A stretch of 64,000 nt of DNA, taken from positions 1 through 64,000 of IMG/VR virus record IMGVR_UViG_2906610324_000001. One strand, given 5' to 3'. Below the pieces are notes generated by a model, which did not search any database, was not told the origin of the DNA, and saw only the letters and a list, made by a program, of their open reading frames with translations. A program made the translations under genes and the position numbers. Each line of letters starts with the position of its first letter. Position 1 is the first letter of the stretch. Shown here piece after piece: positions 56,328 through 63,803 of the stretch. This DNA comes from a virus. Lineage: Duplodnaviria; Caudoviricetes.

Positions 56328-57230
56328 CTAGTGCGCAGTGCCGACGCGCAGGAGTGCCAAGGCGTGATACTCGCTGCCCTCGGCGGCCTTGGCCTTTACG
56401 AATGCCTCGGCCTCGTCGTCGCGGCTCACGCCGTTGCGGACAAATATTGAAGACTCGGCGTCCGCCTGAATCTCAAGCGTGCCGGTGTCGCTGTTCTCGA
56501 ACAGGCCCCATCCTTCCGAGCAAGCGCGGTCATCCTGCCCGATGAATCGCGCCGCGGGCGCAACCGGAAGGCCGGCGGCCGCTCGGCGATAGGCCTCGGC
56601 CGCCTCGTCAGCGTCGGAGACCGCTTCCGCAATCGTGCCGTCCTCGTCGCTGAACATGCCGCGCATCTGGTCAATCTGATGGGTGCAGGCGTCGAGCGCG
56701 CCGGCCAGGTCGCGGGCGATCTGGCGCCAGTCCTGCGCAGGCGCAACCGGGACTGTGCCGCCGACAATCTCCAATTCCTCGACCCGGAAGAAGTCGCCGC
56801 GCATTTCGCCGACGCGCTCAAAATAGGCTTCCGCTAGCTCGTCAGGATCGGCCGGCTTGTCCTCGTCCATCCGTGCGGCCCAATTCTCGGCCGCGATCTC
56901 ACGGCGCCAGGCGCGCGCCGTGTCGCTGTTAGGATAGAGGCGCGTTTCGTCGCCGTGCCGGGTTTCATGGGTAGCCACGGCGAGCGGTGGCAGCGTCACG
57001 GTCCGCTCTTCGATGATGCAGGGGCCGTCAACGGCATCTTCCCATAGCTCGCTGATATTGTCCGCCGTCGCGGCCTCGACCGCGGCCAGGCGCTCGGGGG
57101 TCCGCTTGAGGATGTCGCGCAGGCTCGTGCGGACATATTCCACCGCCTCGGACTGCGTGGCGTGCACCGTGGTTTCGGTCCCGCAGTTGTCGCCCTCAGT
57201 GGTGCAAGTCCAAATCGTGATTGTGCTCAT
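56328..57230 (-). CDS. Acidic hypothetical protein
   Basis: 300 aa; GAAAGGAG SD. Confidence 0.75.
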   Translation of the reverse strand: MSTITIWTCTTEGDNCGTETTVHATQSEAVEYVRTSLRDILKRTPERLAAVEAATADNISELWEDAVDGPCIIEERTVTLPPLAVATHETRHGDETRLYPNSDTARAWRREIAAENWAARMDEDKPADPDELAEAYFERVGEMRGDFFRVEELEIVGGTVPVAPAQDWRQIARDLAGALDACTHQIDQMRGMFSDEDGTIAEAVSDADEAAEAYRRAAAGLPVAPAARFIGQDDRACSEGWGLFENSDTGTLEIQADAESSIFVRNGVSRDDEAEAFVKAKAAEGSEYHALALLRVGTAH

Positions 57231-57274
57231 TGTGATGATCTCCTTTCAAAAACAACCGTAGCCAAGGGGCGGAA

Positions 57275-57625
57275 TCAGTCGCGGGCGGGGGGATTGGTGC
57301 GGGTTTCGAGGCCGCGCGCGTGGCGCTCGGCGCCCTCTACGGATTTCAGCGCGCGCGCCACGTAATCCGCTGCATTGTTGGCGTCGGCGATCCGCAGGTG
57401 ATTGCGCGCGGTGCGGATCAACTGCGCGGCAAGCCGGACACGCTCCAGGCGGGAGGCCGGCGGCGTTTCCAATAGCGACAACTGCGCGTCACGCTTCTGC
57501 AGGCGCTCAATCTCGGCCAGCGCCAAGTCAGCTTGTGCGCTCGGGCTGTCGCTGTCCTCGTGCGGAACGTCAACATTCAGCGCGCCAAGAATCGAGTCGG
57601 TAAAGTCGGTGCAGGTGTAAGTCAT
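57275..57625 (-). CDS. Hypothetical protein
   Basis: Hairpin plus AAAGGA leader. Confidence 0.7.
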   Translation of the reverse strand: MTYTCTDFTDSILGALNVDVPHEDSDSPSAQADLALAEIERLQKRDAQLSLLETPPASRLERVRLAAQLIRTARNHLRIADANNAADYVARALKSVEGAERHARGLETRTNPPARD

Positions 57626-57765
57626 TTGGCTTTCGTCCTTTCGTTTTGCGCACTATCGCGCAGATGGTGGAGCGACCGCGGCCAGGTGCGCGCGTCATCC
57701 ACCGCGCAAAATCGGCCGTAGTCGGGAGGTGCGCCGCCGGCCGGGAAATCAGCTGGCCCCGGGGG

Positions 57766-58173
57766 TTACTCGGCGAGCTCTTCCAGGGTGACGCCGTCTT
57801 CGGCCGCATACTCGGAAATCAGAGTCAGCGCCCAATCTTCCGCCGCGCCGATCATTTCGCCGTCGCCGCCGCCGTGTTTCGAGTTGACCCTGGCGCATGC
57901 GTCCGCGGTCCATCGTTCAAGGCCGGGAACGTCGCCGAAAAAGTCGCGCGCGCGTTCCAAAACGGATTCCTCCGACAAGCACGCGAGGCCGTAAATCCCG
58001 GCGATGTGCTCGGCGTCGTAAAGCAGCGTCAATCCGTCATCGCGGGTTGAGCGCTGGCGCGCGTAGCGCCAGGCTACGCCGTAGCGTTGCAGCGCGGAGC
58101 GGACGCGCCATCGATACTTTGAAGCCTCGTTAACGAGCGTGGCGAGCGGCGAGCGGGGCAAGGTGAGATGCAT
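57766..58173 (-). CDS. Hypothetical protein
   Basis: AAAGGA SD. Confidence 0.65.
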   Translation of the reverse strand: MHLTLPRSPLATLVNEASKYRWRVRSALQRYGVAWRYARQRSTRDDGLTLLYDAEHIAGIYGLACLSEESVLERARDFFGDVPGLERWTADACARVNSKHGGGDGEMIGAAEDWALTLISEYAAEDGVTLEELAE

Positions 58174-58220
58174 AACGGTTCCTTTGTTCTGTGATGGGAA
58201 ATCGGCCGGCGGCGGGACTG

Positions 58221-58499
58221 TTAGCAATTCACTTCGTGAAAGCCGCGCACACCGTTCAAGACCTTGAAGCCCGGCGGGGAACGATCGCCCTTGCCAATCC
58301 GCATAGTGGCAACCGCCGGCTTTCCCGTTGCCGCCAGGTCCGCGCAGTAGTCCGCGAATGCCTTTTCTGCATCGGCCGCGCGCTTAATCTCGACTTCGCG
58401 CCGTGGGAGCGGGCTTTTGTCCTCTCCGATGCAAAGCGCCACGCTAACGAATGCGCCGTTACGTTCCGCCGCGTAGCTATTCAAGATCAGTTTCGCCAT
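58221..58499 (-). CDS. Hypothetical protein
   Basis: Hairpin plus AAAGGAG leader. Confidence 0.7.
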   Translation of the reverse strand: MAKLILNSYAAERNGAFVSVALCIGEDKSPLPRREVEIKRAADAEKAFADYCADLAATGKPAVATMRIGKGDRSPPGFKVLNGVRGFHEVNC

Positions 58500-58586
58500 G
58501 TCGTTTAACTCCTTTCGAATTGCGCACCATTGCGCCGAGAAAATCGGCCGCAGCCGAGGGATTGAGGAAATCGGCCGCAACCGGGA

Positions 58587-59000
58587 CTAGGCCGCGGCGG
58601 CTTGCTCGGCCGGCTTTTCGTCGGTCTGCGAAACGTCGAAAACCGGTACCAGGATGAACCGCACCGACTCCGCCGCGGCCTCGGCCGCGGCGCCGTCCGC
58701 GCTCGGCGCCGCTGAGGCCTCGGCCGTTGCGCGCCGGCCGGACGGCGCAAAGATGTAGATTGCGGACTCGCCTTTGCGGACCGCGCGGCCGGCGGCAAGC
58801 CATTGATTGAAGCCGCCCAGCATAGTTGCGCCTTCGCATTGCATCGCCGCCAGCATGTGATTTTTTCCGGATATCGGCCGCGCGTCCGCGGTGAGGATCG
58901 GCGCGCGCTGCAGCCAAAGCGCCTTCTGCTCTTCCGTCATGTTGGCAATCTGGCGCGCCAGTTGCGCGGCCTTTTCTTTGTTGGGATTCGGTTTCCGCAT
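58587..59000 (-). CDS. ArdC N-terminal ssDNA-binding domain protein (stand-alone)
   Basis: N..L...Q, GGFNQW...GRAVRKGESAI.I, F..VPVFDVSQT. Confidence 0.8.
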   Translation of the reverse strand: MRKPNPNKEKAAQLARQIANMTEEQKALWLQRAPILTADARPISGKNHMLAAMQCEGATMLGGFNQWLAAGRAVRKGESAIYIFAPSGRRATAEASAAPSADGAAAEAAAESVRFILVPVFDVSQTDEKPAEQAAAA

Positions 59001-59070
59001 GGTCTGTTTTCCTTTCCGTTTGCGCACAATCGCGCGTGTTGCATTCCGTGAGGCCGAGGCGCGCCGCGGC

Positions 59071-59268
59071 TTAGTGCAGTTCCCAAGCGCGCAATTCGAC
59101 GCGTGAACGCTTGCCGCGCTTGAATTCGTCGCAGCGGCGCGCGTATTCCTCGGCCTCGGCGGCGGTATCAAACCGCCGAGATAGTTCGCCCCAATTGTTG
59201 AATTCGCAGCGATCAATCAGGCGAAACTTTGCGCCAACGGGCAAGATATCGAATCCATAGGCTCGCAT
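59071..59268 (-). CDS. Small hypothetical protein
   Basis: GGAG SD; FDTAAEAE motif. Confidence 0.6.
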   Translation of the reverse strand: MRAYGFDILPVGAKFRLIDRCEFNNWGELSRRFDTAAEAEEYARRCDEFKRGKRSRVELRAWELH

Positions 59269-59283
59269 TGCTGGCGACTCCGA

Positions 59284-60381
59284 CTAGCTGGCGCGGATCG
59301 CGCAGAAAGGCGCAACCGGGAGGGATGGCCGAGGCGCGCCGAGCGATGACGAGGCCAGGAAGCGCGCGGCGCGGGAAGGCGCAACCGGGATAGGGGCCGC
59401 GGAGTTGGGCGCGGGCGCAACCGGGAGGGCATCGACCGTATCCGGGAGGGAAGCCGCCGCGGTTTCGACGCCGGCGGAATTGTTTGCGACAAGCCGCAAC
59501 CGCGGCGCCTCGGCCTCGGCCTTGGCTGCAGCTGCGCGCGCCTCGGCCTCTTGCTCGGCGCGCCGGCCGGCCTCGGCCTCGGCCTTTGCCGCGGCTTTGG
59601 CCTCGGCCTCGGCCGCGCGAACGACGGCGCGGCGCCGCGCTTCAATTTCCAGCCATGCCATACCGCCGAGGCGCGACCGATAGTCTGCAATCTGCGCGCC
59701 GAGCTCGGCCGCGCGTTCCTCGTCGGCGCCGGCCAAAATCTCGGCCTCGGCCGAGGCAATGAGGTAGTGCCCGCGGTAGAAGTCGGCGCGCGTCAACCCG
59801 CCGGCCTCGGCGGTTTCCGGCAAGGCCGAGGCCTCGGCGGAAAGCGCGACATGATCGAAACGGCCGCGGCGATATTCGGCCGTCCGCGCGTTGCATTCCT
59901 CGGCCGGATATTCGGCGCCGGTAGCGTCACAGATGGCAGAAACGATGGACGGGACCGCGACACAATCGGAACCGATTGCCGAGGCTTTCCCGAATTCCCG
60001 CGCGACCCGCGCGCGGTAGAAGGCGAAGGCAACGCGCAAGCCGCGGCCGATATTGACCGGCTTGCCAGGCAGTGAAACGGCTGGCGCGCGTACCACGGCG
60101 CCGCATACAAACGTCACAACGATGATAGGCGACTTGCCTAGCTTTTTCGTCGCGCTTGCCGGGATGACATAATCCGCCCATGGATCCGCCGCGCCGTCCG
60201 GGATATTGGCCGCGCCGGATCCGGCTTTCTGCGCCGGCAATGCGAGGCGCAGCAAATCGGCAATGCCGCGCCAGTTCGCGCCGTCGGGATTCGCGGTCGC
60301 GTTGTCATAGGCGAGGATCGCCAGCGCGCGCCGTTCCGTTGCCTTTGCGGCCTTGGCCGCGATCAAATCAACCTGTTGCAT
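59284..60381 (-). CDS. Ala-rich hypothetical protein
   Basis: Hairpin plus AAAGGA leader; 365 aa. Confidence 0.7.
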   Translation of the reverse strand: MQQVDLIAAKAAKATERRALAILAYDNATANPDGANWRGIADLLRLALPAQKAGSGAANIPDGAADPWADYVIPASATKKLGKSPIIVVTFVCGAVVRAPAVSLPGKPVNIGRGLRVAFAFYRARVAREFGKASAIGSDCVAVPSIVSAICDATGAEYPAEECNARTAEYRRGRFDHVALSAEASALPETAEAGGLTRADFYRGHYLIASAEAEILAGADEERAAELGAQIADYRSRLGGMAWLEIEARRRAVVRAAEAEAKAAAKAEAEAGRRAEQEAEARAAAAKAEAEAPRLRLVANNSAGVETAAASLPDTVDALPVAPAPNSAAPIPVAPSRAARFLASSSLGAPRPSLPVAPFCAIRAS

Positions 60382-60476
60382 GGTCCATTGTCCTTTCTGA
60401 TTTGCGCACGATTGCGCCGAGAATTGAGGGAAGGCCGAGGCCAGGTTAGGCCGTAGCTTTGGCGCGGCGCCGCGCG

Positions 60477-60746
60477 TCAATCGCGGCGCGTATCACTTTT
60501 CTTGAACCGCGGCGCATAACGGCCGTTGAATGCACGCAATTCAGAAAAGGCGATATCGGCCGCGGCCTTGGCAATCCGGTATCGCGGATCGAATTTAATT
60601 CGGTCCGGAGTCAGTCCCATCGGACCGCGCGCCGGAATCCCCATTTCGGCCGCAAGGCCTTCTGTCACGGCGCCGAGGCGCGCGCCGGCCTCTTTGATCC
60701 GGTTATCCAACTCGGCCGCGGCGGCTTGGAATGCTGCAAAATCCAT
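60477..60746 (-). CDS. Hypothetical phage protein
   Basis: GPMGLTPD.IK...ELRAFN. Confidence 0.65.
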   Translation of the reverse strand: MDFAAFQAAAAELDNRIKEAGARLGAVTEGLAAEMGIPARGPMGLTPDRIKFDPRYRIAKAAADIAFSELRAFNGRYAPRFKKSDTRRD

Positions 60747-60754
60747 CGGTGCAC

Positions 60755-60943
60755 CTAGACGCTTTCGTCAAAGCGCGCGGCCTCAAAGTCGCGGCTTGCC
60801 TGTTCTGCCTCGGCGCCGGTAAGCATGCGGCGGCTTGTCGGATAATAGAACGCGCGCGTTCCGACCGGGATGAAATGCCCGTTGCGGTCATTGGCCGGAT
60901 ATTTGGTAATGATCCATCGCGGATCGCCGCCATAGCGTGCCAT
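60755..60943 (-). CDS. Small hypothetical protein (MARYGGDPRW...)
   Basis: Hairpin plus AAAGGA leader. Confidence 0.7.
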   Translation of the reverse strand: MARYGGDPRWIITKYPANDRNGHFIPVGTRAFYYPTSRRMLTGAEAEQASRDFEAARFDESV

Positions 60944-61008
60944 TGTAGTCTGTCCTTTCCAGTTTGCGCACAATCGCGCGGGAGACAAATTCGACGGCCG
61001 AGGCCGAG

Positions 61009-61149
61009 CTATTCCAGCATGTCCGCAATGAACCGGACCGCGGCCGGATATCGGCAGAAACTGCGCAGCAATGCGACGATTCCGCGCGCCGTGTAGTAAC
61101 CCGCCGGGATACCGTGCAAGTTATCCGGAATGAAGGTTTCGCGGTCCAT
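61009..61149 (-). CDS. Small hypothetical protein
   Basis: 46 aa; directly follows the upstream stop. Confidence 0.5.
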   Translation of the reverse strand: MDRETFIPDNLHGIPAGYYTARGIVALLRSFCRYPAAVRFIADMLE

Positions 61150-61153
61150 TGGC

Positions 61154-61492
61154 CTAGTATCCTGCAGCCTCGGCGGAATAGTCGCGCTGGCCAGTCTCGG
61201 CGGTTTGCCAGTCCGGAAAGCGCGCGCCGTTTTCGGTATCGTTGTAACCCGCCGAAAGCCTATCGGCCGGGCAGGTGCAAACGCCATCGCGGGTTATGCG
61301 TCCAACGCAGTCCGCGCCATCGTTGCACCATTCGTTAGTCACGGTTTGCCCGTCGAAAGAAAAGATATTGGACTCGCGCGTCCATCCTTCGTCCGTTCTG
61401 GCGCCGTGCGAATGGTGCAACGTTTGGCCAGTCCGCAACGCGATACGGACAAGGCCGGATTTGTGATAGTGCCAAAAGCGCGCTGTTTTCAT
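61154..61492 (-). CDS. Hypothetical protein (MKTARFWHY...)
   Basis: GAGGG SD; TDEGW, QRDYSAEAAGY. Confidence 0.7.
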   Translation of the reverse strand: MKTARFWHYHKSGLVRIALRTGQTLHHSHGARTDEGWTRESNIFSFDGQTVTNEWCNDGADCVGRITRDGVCTCPADRLSAGYNDTENGARFPDWQTAETGQRDYSAEAAGY

Positions 61493-61502
61493 GCGGTATC
61501 CC

Positions 61503-61832
61503 TCACGGAAGGCGGTTAAAGACGGAATGATAGGCCGAGGCCTCGGCGATGCACTCGCGCGCGGCCTCAAGATTGCGAGCGCGCGCCATGGGCGAGTTTT
61601 TCGCGGCGCGCCGATAGTAAGCCGCCCAGTGCAAAGCCTCGGCCGCAAGCGCGCGGCGCGGCCGGCAAGATAGCCGCGACGTCCGCAAGGCAACCGGACC
61701 GGCCGCGCGTTCTGCGCGCGCCGTGAATTCCGTTCCGTTGCAGACAATCCAGAACGTTGCCACATTGTGGCGCCGGCCGCGCGCCTCGGCGCGTAGCGCG
61801 GAAATGGTGCGGCGGAATGCATCGCGGTTCAT
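61503..61832 (-). CDS. Hypothetical protein
   Basis: ATGA coupling. Confidence 0.6.
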   Translation of the reverse strand: MNRDAFRRTISALRAEARGRRHNVATFWIVCNGTEFTARAERAAGPVALRTSRLSCRPRRALAAEALHWAAYYRRAAKNSPMARARNLEAARECIAEASAYHSVFNRLP

Positions 61833-62233
61833 GCTGCGCGCTCCAGTTCGCAAGCCGCGGTCCATCCGGTTGCGCGATCATAGGAGGCCGCGCGCGCGAT
61901 CATTGGCGGCTTGCGCAATTCGTCATCTGGCGGAATCACGCCATAGCGTTCCGGCGCGGCGTCAAGTTTCGCCATGGCTGCAGCATGCTCGGCCGCGCGC
62001 CACACATTGAAGGCCGCGACGATATGCGCCGGTAGCGGTTCAGCGTATCGGACAAGCATGCCGATTCCGGTTCGCATGGCGCGGCGGACATCATCGCCAT
62101 TTGCTATCGATAGCTCATAGTCTGAAACGGAATGACGGATGCTAACCTCATAGCTCTCGGTTTCATCCGTGACGCGATAGTAGACGGTCCCCATGTAGGA
62201 ACATTTCCAAGTGAATTGCGGCTTGCGTGTCAT
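61829..62233 (-). CDS. Hypothetical protein
   Basis: AAAGG SD with a partial hairpin. Confidence 0.65.
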   Translation of the reverse strand: MTRKPQFTWKCSYMGTVYYRVTDETESYEVSIRHSVSDYELSIANGDDVRRAMRTGIGMLVRYAEPLPAHIVAAFNVWRAAEHAAAMAKLDAAPERYGVIPPDDELRKPPMIARAASYDRATGWTAACELERAA

Positions 62234-62260
62234 CGTCAAGGCCTTTCGGGTTGCGCGCAG

Positions 62261-62704
62261 TTAGATGACGCGAACGGTTGCGCCGGCCGGCAAATGAACC
62301 GCGCAACCGCCGTGAGAGTCGCGGCGCTTGATCTCCAGATGGACCGGCAGCCATCCGGTTGACTTCCCGACATAGAACCGGGACCGCGCGCCATCTGGCG
62401 CGGTGACTTCTACGCGCTTCCCTTCGAGGCCGATTAGTTGCGGCGCCAGCTGCGCGGGACAACGCGACCTAGTCGCGGCCGCATGATTGGCGCCGGCCTT
62501 CATTGTCGCGCGGTAGACTCGATAATGCTGGATTGTGCCGGGCTTGAATGCGCCGAGGCCTGGAGGGACCGCGGCCGAGGGAAGCCAGGCCGCGACGTCG
62601 CGCGCCCATCTCTCGGCGACACTGAAGCCAACGCAAGTATATCCGGCGCCGGATCGCAGAACATAAAGGCCTTGCTCGGCATTGATGGAATGAAAGTCAC
62701 TCAT
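62261..62704 (-). CDS. Hypothetical phage protein
   Basis: QLIGLEGKRVEV...RFYVGKSTGWLP.HL; hairpin leader. Confidence 0.7.
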   Translation of the reverse strand: MSDFHSINAEQGLYVLRSGAGYTCVGFSVAERWARDVAAWLPSAAVPPGLGAFKPGTIQHYRVYRATMKAGANHAAATRSRCPAQLAPQLIGLEGKRVEVTAPDGARSRFYVGKSTGWLPVHLEIKRRDSHGGCAVHLPAGATVRVI

Positions 62705-62798
62705 CTCGGTTTGTCCTATTCGGTTTGCGCACAATCGCGCTTTGGTCCGCTTTGGCGTTCCGTTGTGCGGCGCGCCTCGGCGCCGCACCGTCGGAAAG

Positions 62799-63215
62799 TC
62801 AGTTGGAGGGAACGAAATTCATTCCCGTGCGGTCCAATGCCTCAAGTTTGAGGAAAGCGCGGACACGTTCCAAAGCATCCGGCCAAAGAATGACGCCGCC
62901 GCTTGTCGCCGGATCGTCGCTCCAATTGAGTCCGGCCAGAACGAAAGCCGGGCAAAAATCCCAATCGAATTGGACTTGATCGCGCTCGGAGTCCGTAAGG
63001 GATTGCCAAACGGTTTCGCAGTCTGGAGCGAGCCGGATCATGATATGGCGCATTTCGTATGCGCCCCATCCGTCACGGTATTGGTCAACTAGTTCCGCGG
63101 CGGCTTTGATTTCCGCGGGACGATCGTTGCGCCATTCCGGGTTGCTGGCGTCAATACAGGCTTCCCAGAGGCAAAGCGCGGCCTCGGCAATAAGCGGATT
63201 CAACTCGGTTTGCAT
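62799..63215 (-). CDS. Hypothetical protein
   Basis: GAGGAG SD. Confidence 0.7.
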   Translation of the reverse strand: MQTELNPLIAEAALCLWEACIDASNPEWRNDRPAEIKAAAELVDQYRDGWGAYEMRHIMIRLAPDCETVWQSLTDSERDQVQFDWDFCPAFVLAGLNWSDDPATSGGVILWPDALERVRAFLKLEALDRTGMNFVPSN

Positions 63216-63227
63216 CTCGGGCGCTCC

Positions 63228-63332
63228 TCAAAGGCACGAATTCAGAAAAGCGCGCTTGCCGTCGCGCACCGCGGCGCGCCGAGTCCGCTTGTCGCTCGGC
63301 CGGCGGTCGGAATCATGCTTGCGATACTTCAT
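63228..63332 (-). CDS. 34-aa basic peptide (MKYRKHDSDRRP...); not in the ORF track
   Basis: Hairpin plus AAAAGGA leader; stop overlaps the next SD. Confidence 0.5.
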   Translation of the reverse strand: MKYRKHDSDRRPSDKRTRRAAVRDGKRAFLNSCL

Positions 63333-63424
63333 GGCCTTTTTCCTTTTCGAATTGCGCACAATTGCGCGGTTTCGGCGGTTTGCCGGTTATGCCGTGACGT
63401 GCACGGCATAGGCTGCAAATCGCG

Positions 63425-63664
63425 TTAGTTGATACGCTCGCAAGCGCCGGTTTCAGCGTTCCAGCGTATCAGCATATCGTTAGCTCGGATCGAAAGGCCG
63501 CGGGACATGCGGACGTCGCGCGGCGCCGGCCGGCCGGTTTCGTGAAACCATTGGCCGAGGCGGAATGCAATGTGCGTTGCGCTACTCCACAAGTGCGGAT
63601 TGGCCGAGGCCGGCGCGGCATAGCCGGCCGAGGCATAGGCGGTTAAGTCATCGGGCTTTGCCAT
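63425..63664 (-). CDS. Hypothetical protein (MAKPDDL...)
   Basis: GAGGAG SD. Confidence 0.65.
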   Translation of the reverse strand: MAKPDDLTAYASAGYAAPASANPHLWSSATHIAFRLGQWFHETGRPAPRDVRMSRGLSIRANDMLIRWNAETGACERIN

Positions 63665-63677
63665 TGCGGCGCGCTCC

Positions 63678-63758
63678 TCAAAGGCAGCATACGAAAATGA
63701 CAAACGTTCCGACTAAAGCCGCCGCGCAGAACAGAACAAAATCAAGTGTATCGTCCAT
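63678..63758 (-). CDS. 26-aa hydrophobic peptide MDDTLDFVLFCAAALVGTFVIFVCCL; not in the ORF track
   Basis: Hairpin plus AAAGG leader; stop overlaps the next SD. Confidence 0.5.
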   Translation of the reverse strand: MDDTLDFVLFCAAALVGTFVIFVCCL

Positions 63759-63803
63759 TGGTCTAGCCTTTCGATTTGCGCACAATCGCGCGGTGGAAAA
63801 GTG

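Larger units (their letters stand above)
52518..58586. repeat. Dispersed intergenic 19-bp repeat AAATCG(G/A)(C/T)CGTAGCCG(G/A)G
   Basis: Copies at 52518, 52546, 52962, 53771, 53800, 56284, 56309, 57709, 58199, 58541 and 58568; degenerate copies at 57250 and 57746. Confidence 0.88.
52500..63791 (-). repeat. Dispersed pre-SD hairpin repeat (plus strand TTGCGCACAATCGCGC); 10 full copies
   Basis: Copies start at 52500, 56218, 57646, 58520, 59020, 60402, 60964, 62725, 63352 and 63776; partial copy at 62251. Confidence 0.92.

Noticed and set aside
56200-56330. Frpo-type single-stranded promoter
   Set aside because: A -35 is present, but I could not find the long complementary arms needed to rebuild a duplex promoter; a folding computation would settle it.
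59500-59620. GCCTCG tandem-like repeats
   Set aside because: Explained by Ala-Glu-Ala codons in a helical segment; counted only as part of the regional k-mer bias.
52500-63791. Dispersed repeats as a CRISPR array or integron attC sites
   Set aside because: Spacing is irregular and gene-sized, there are no cas genes, and there are no RYYYAAC/GTTRRRY ends or long attC-type hairpins.
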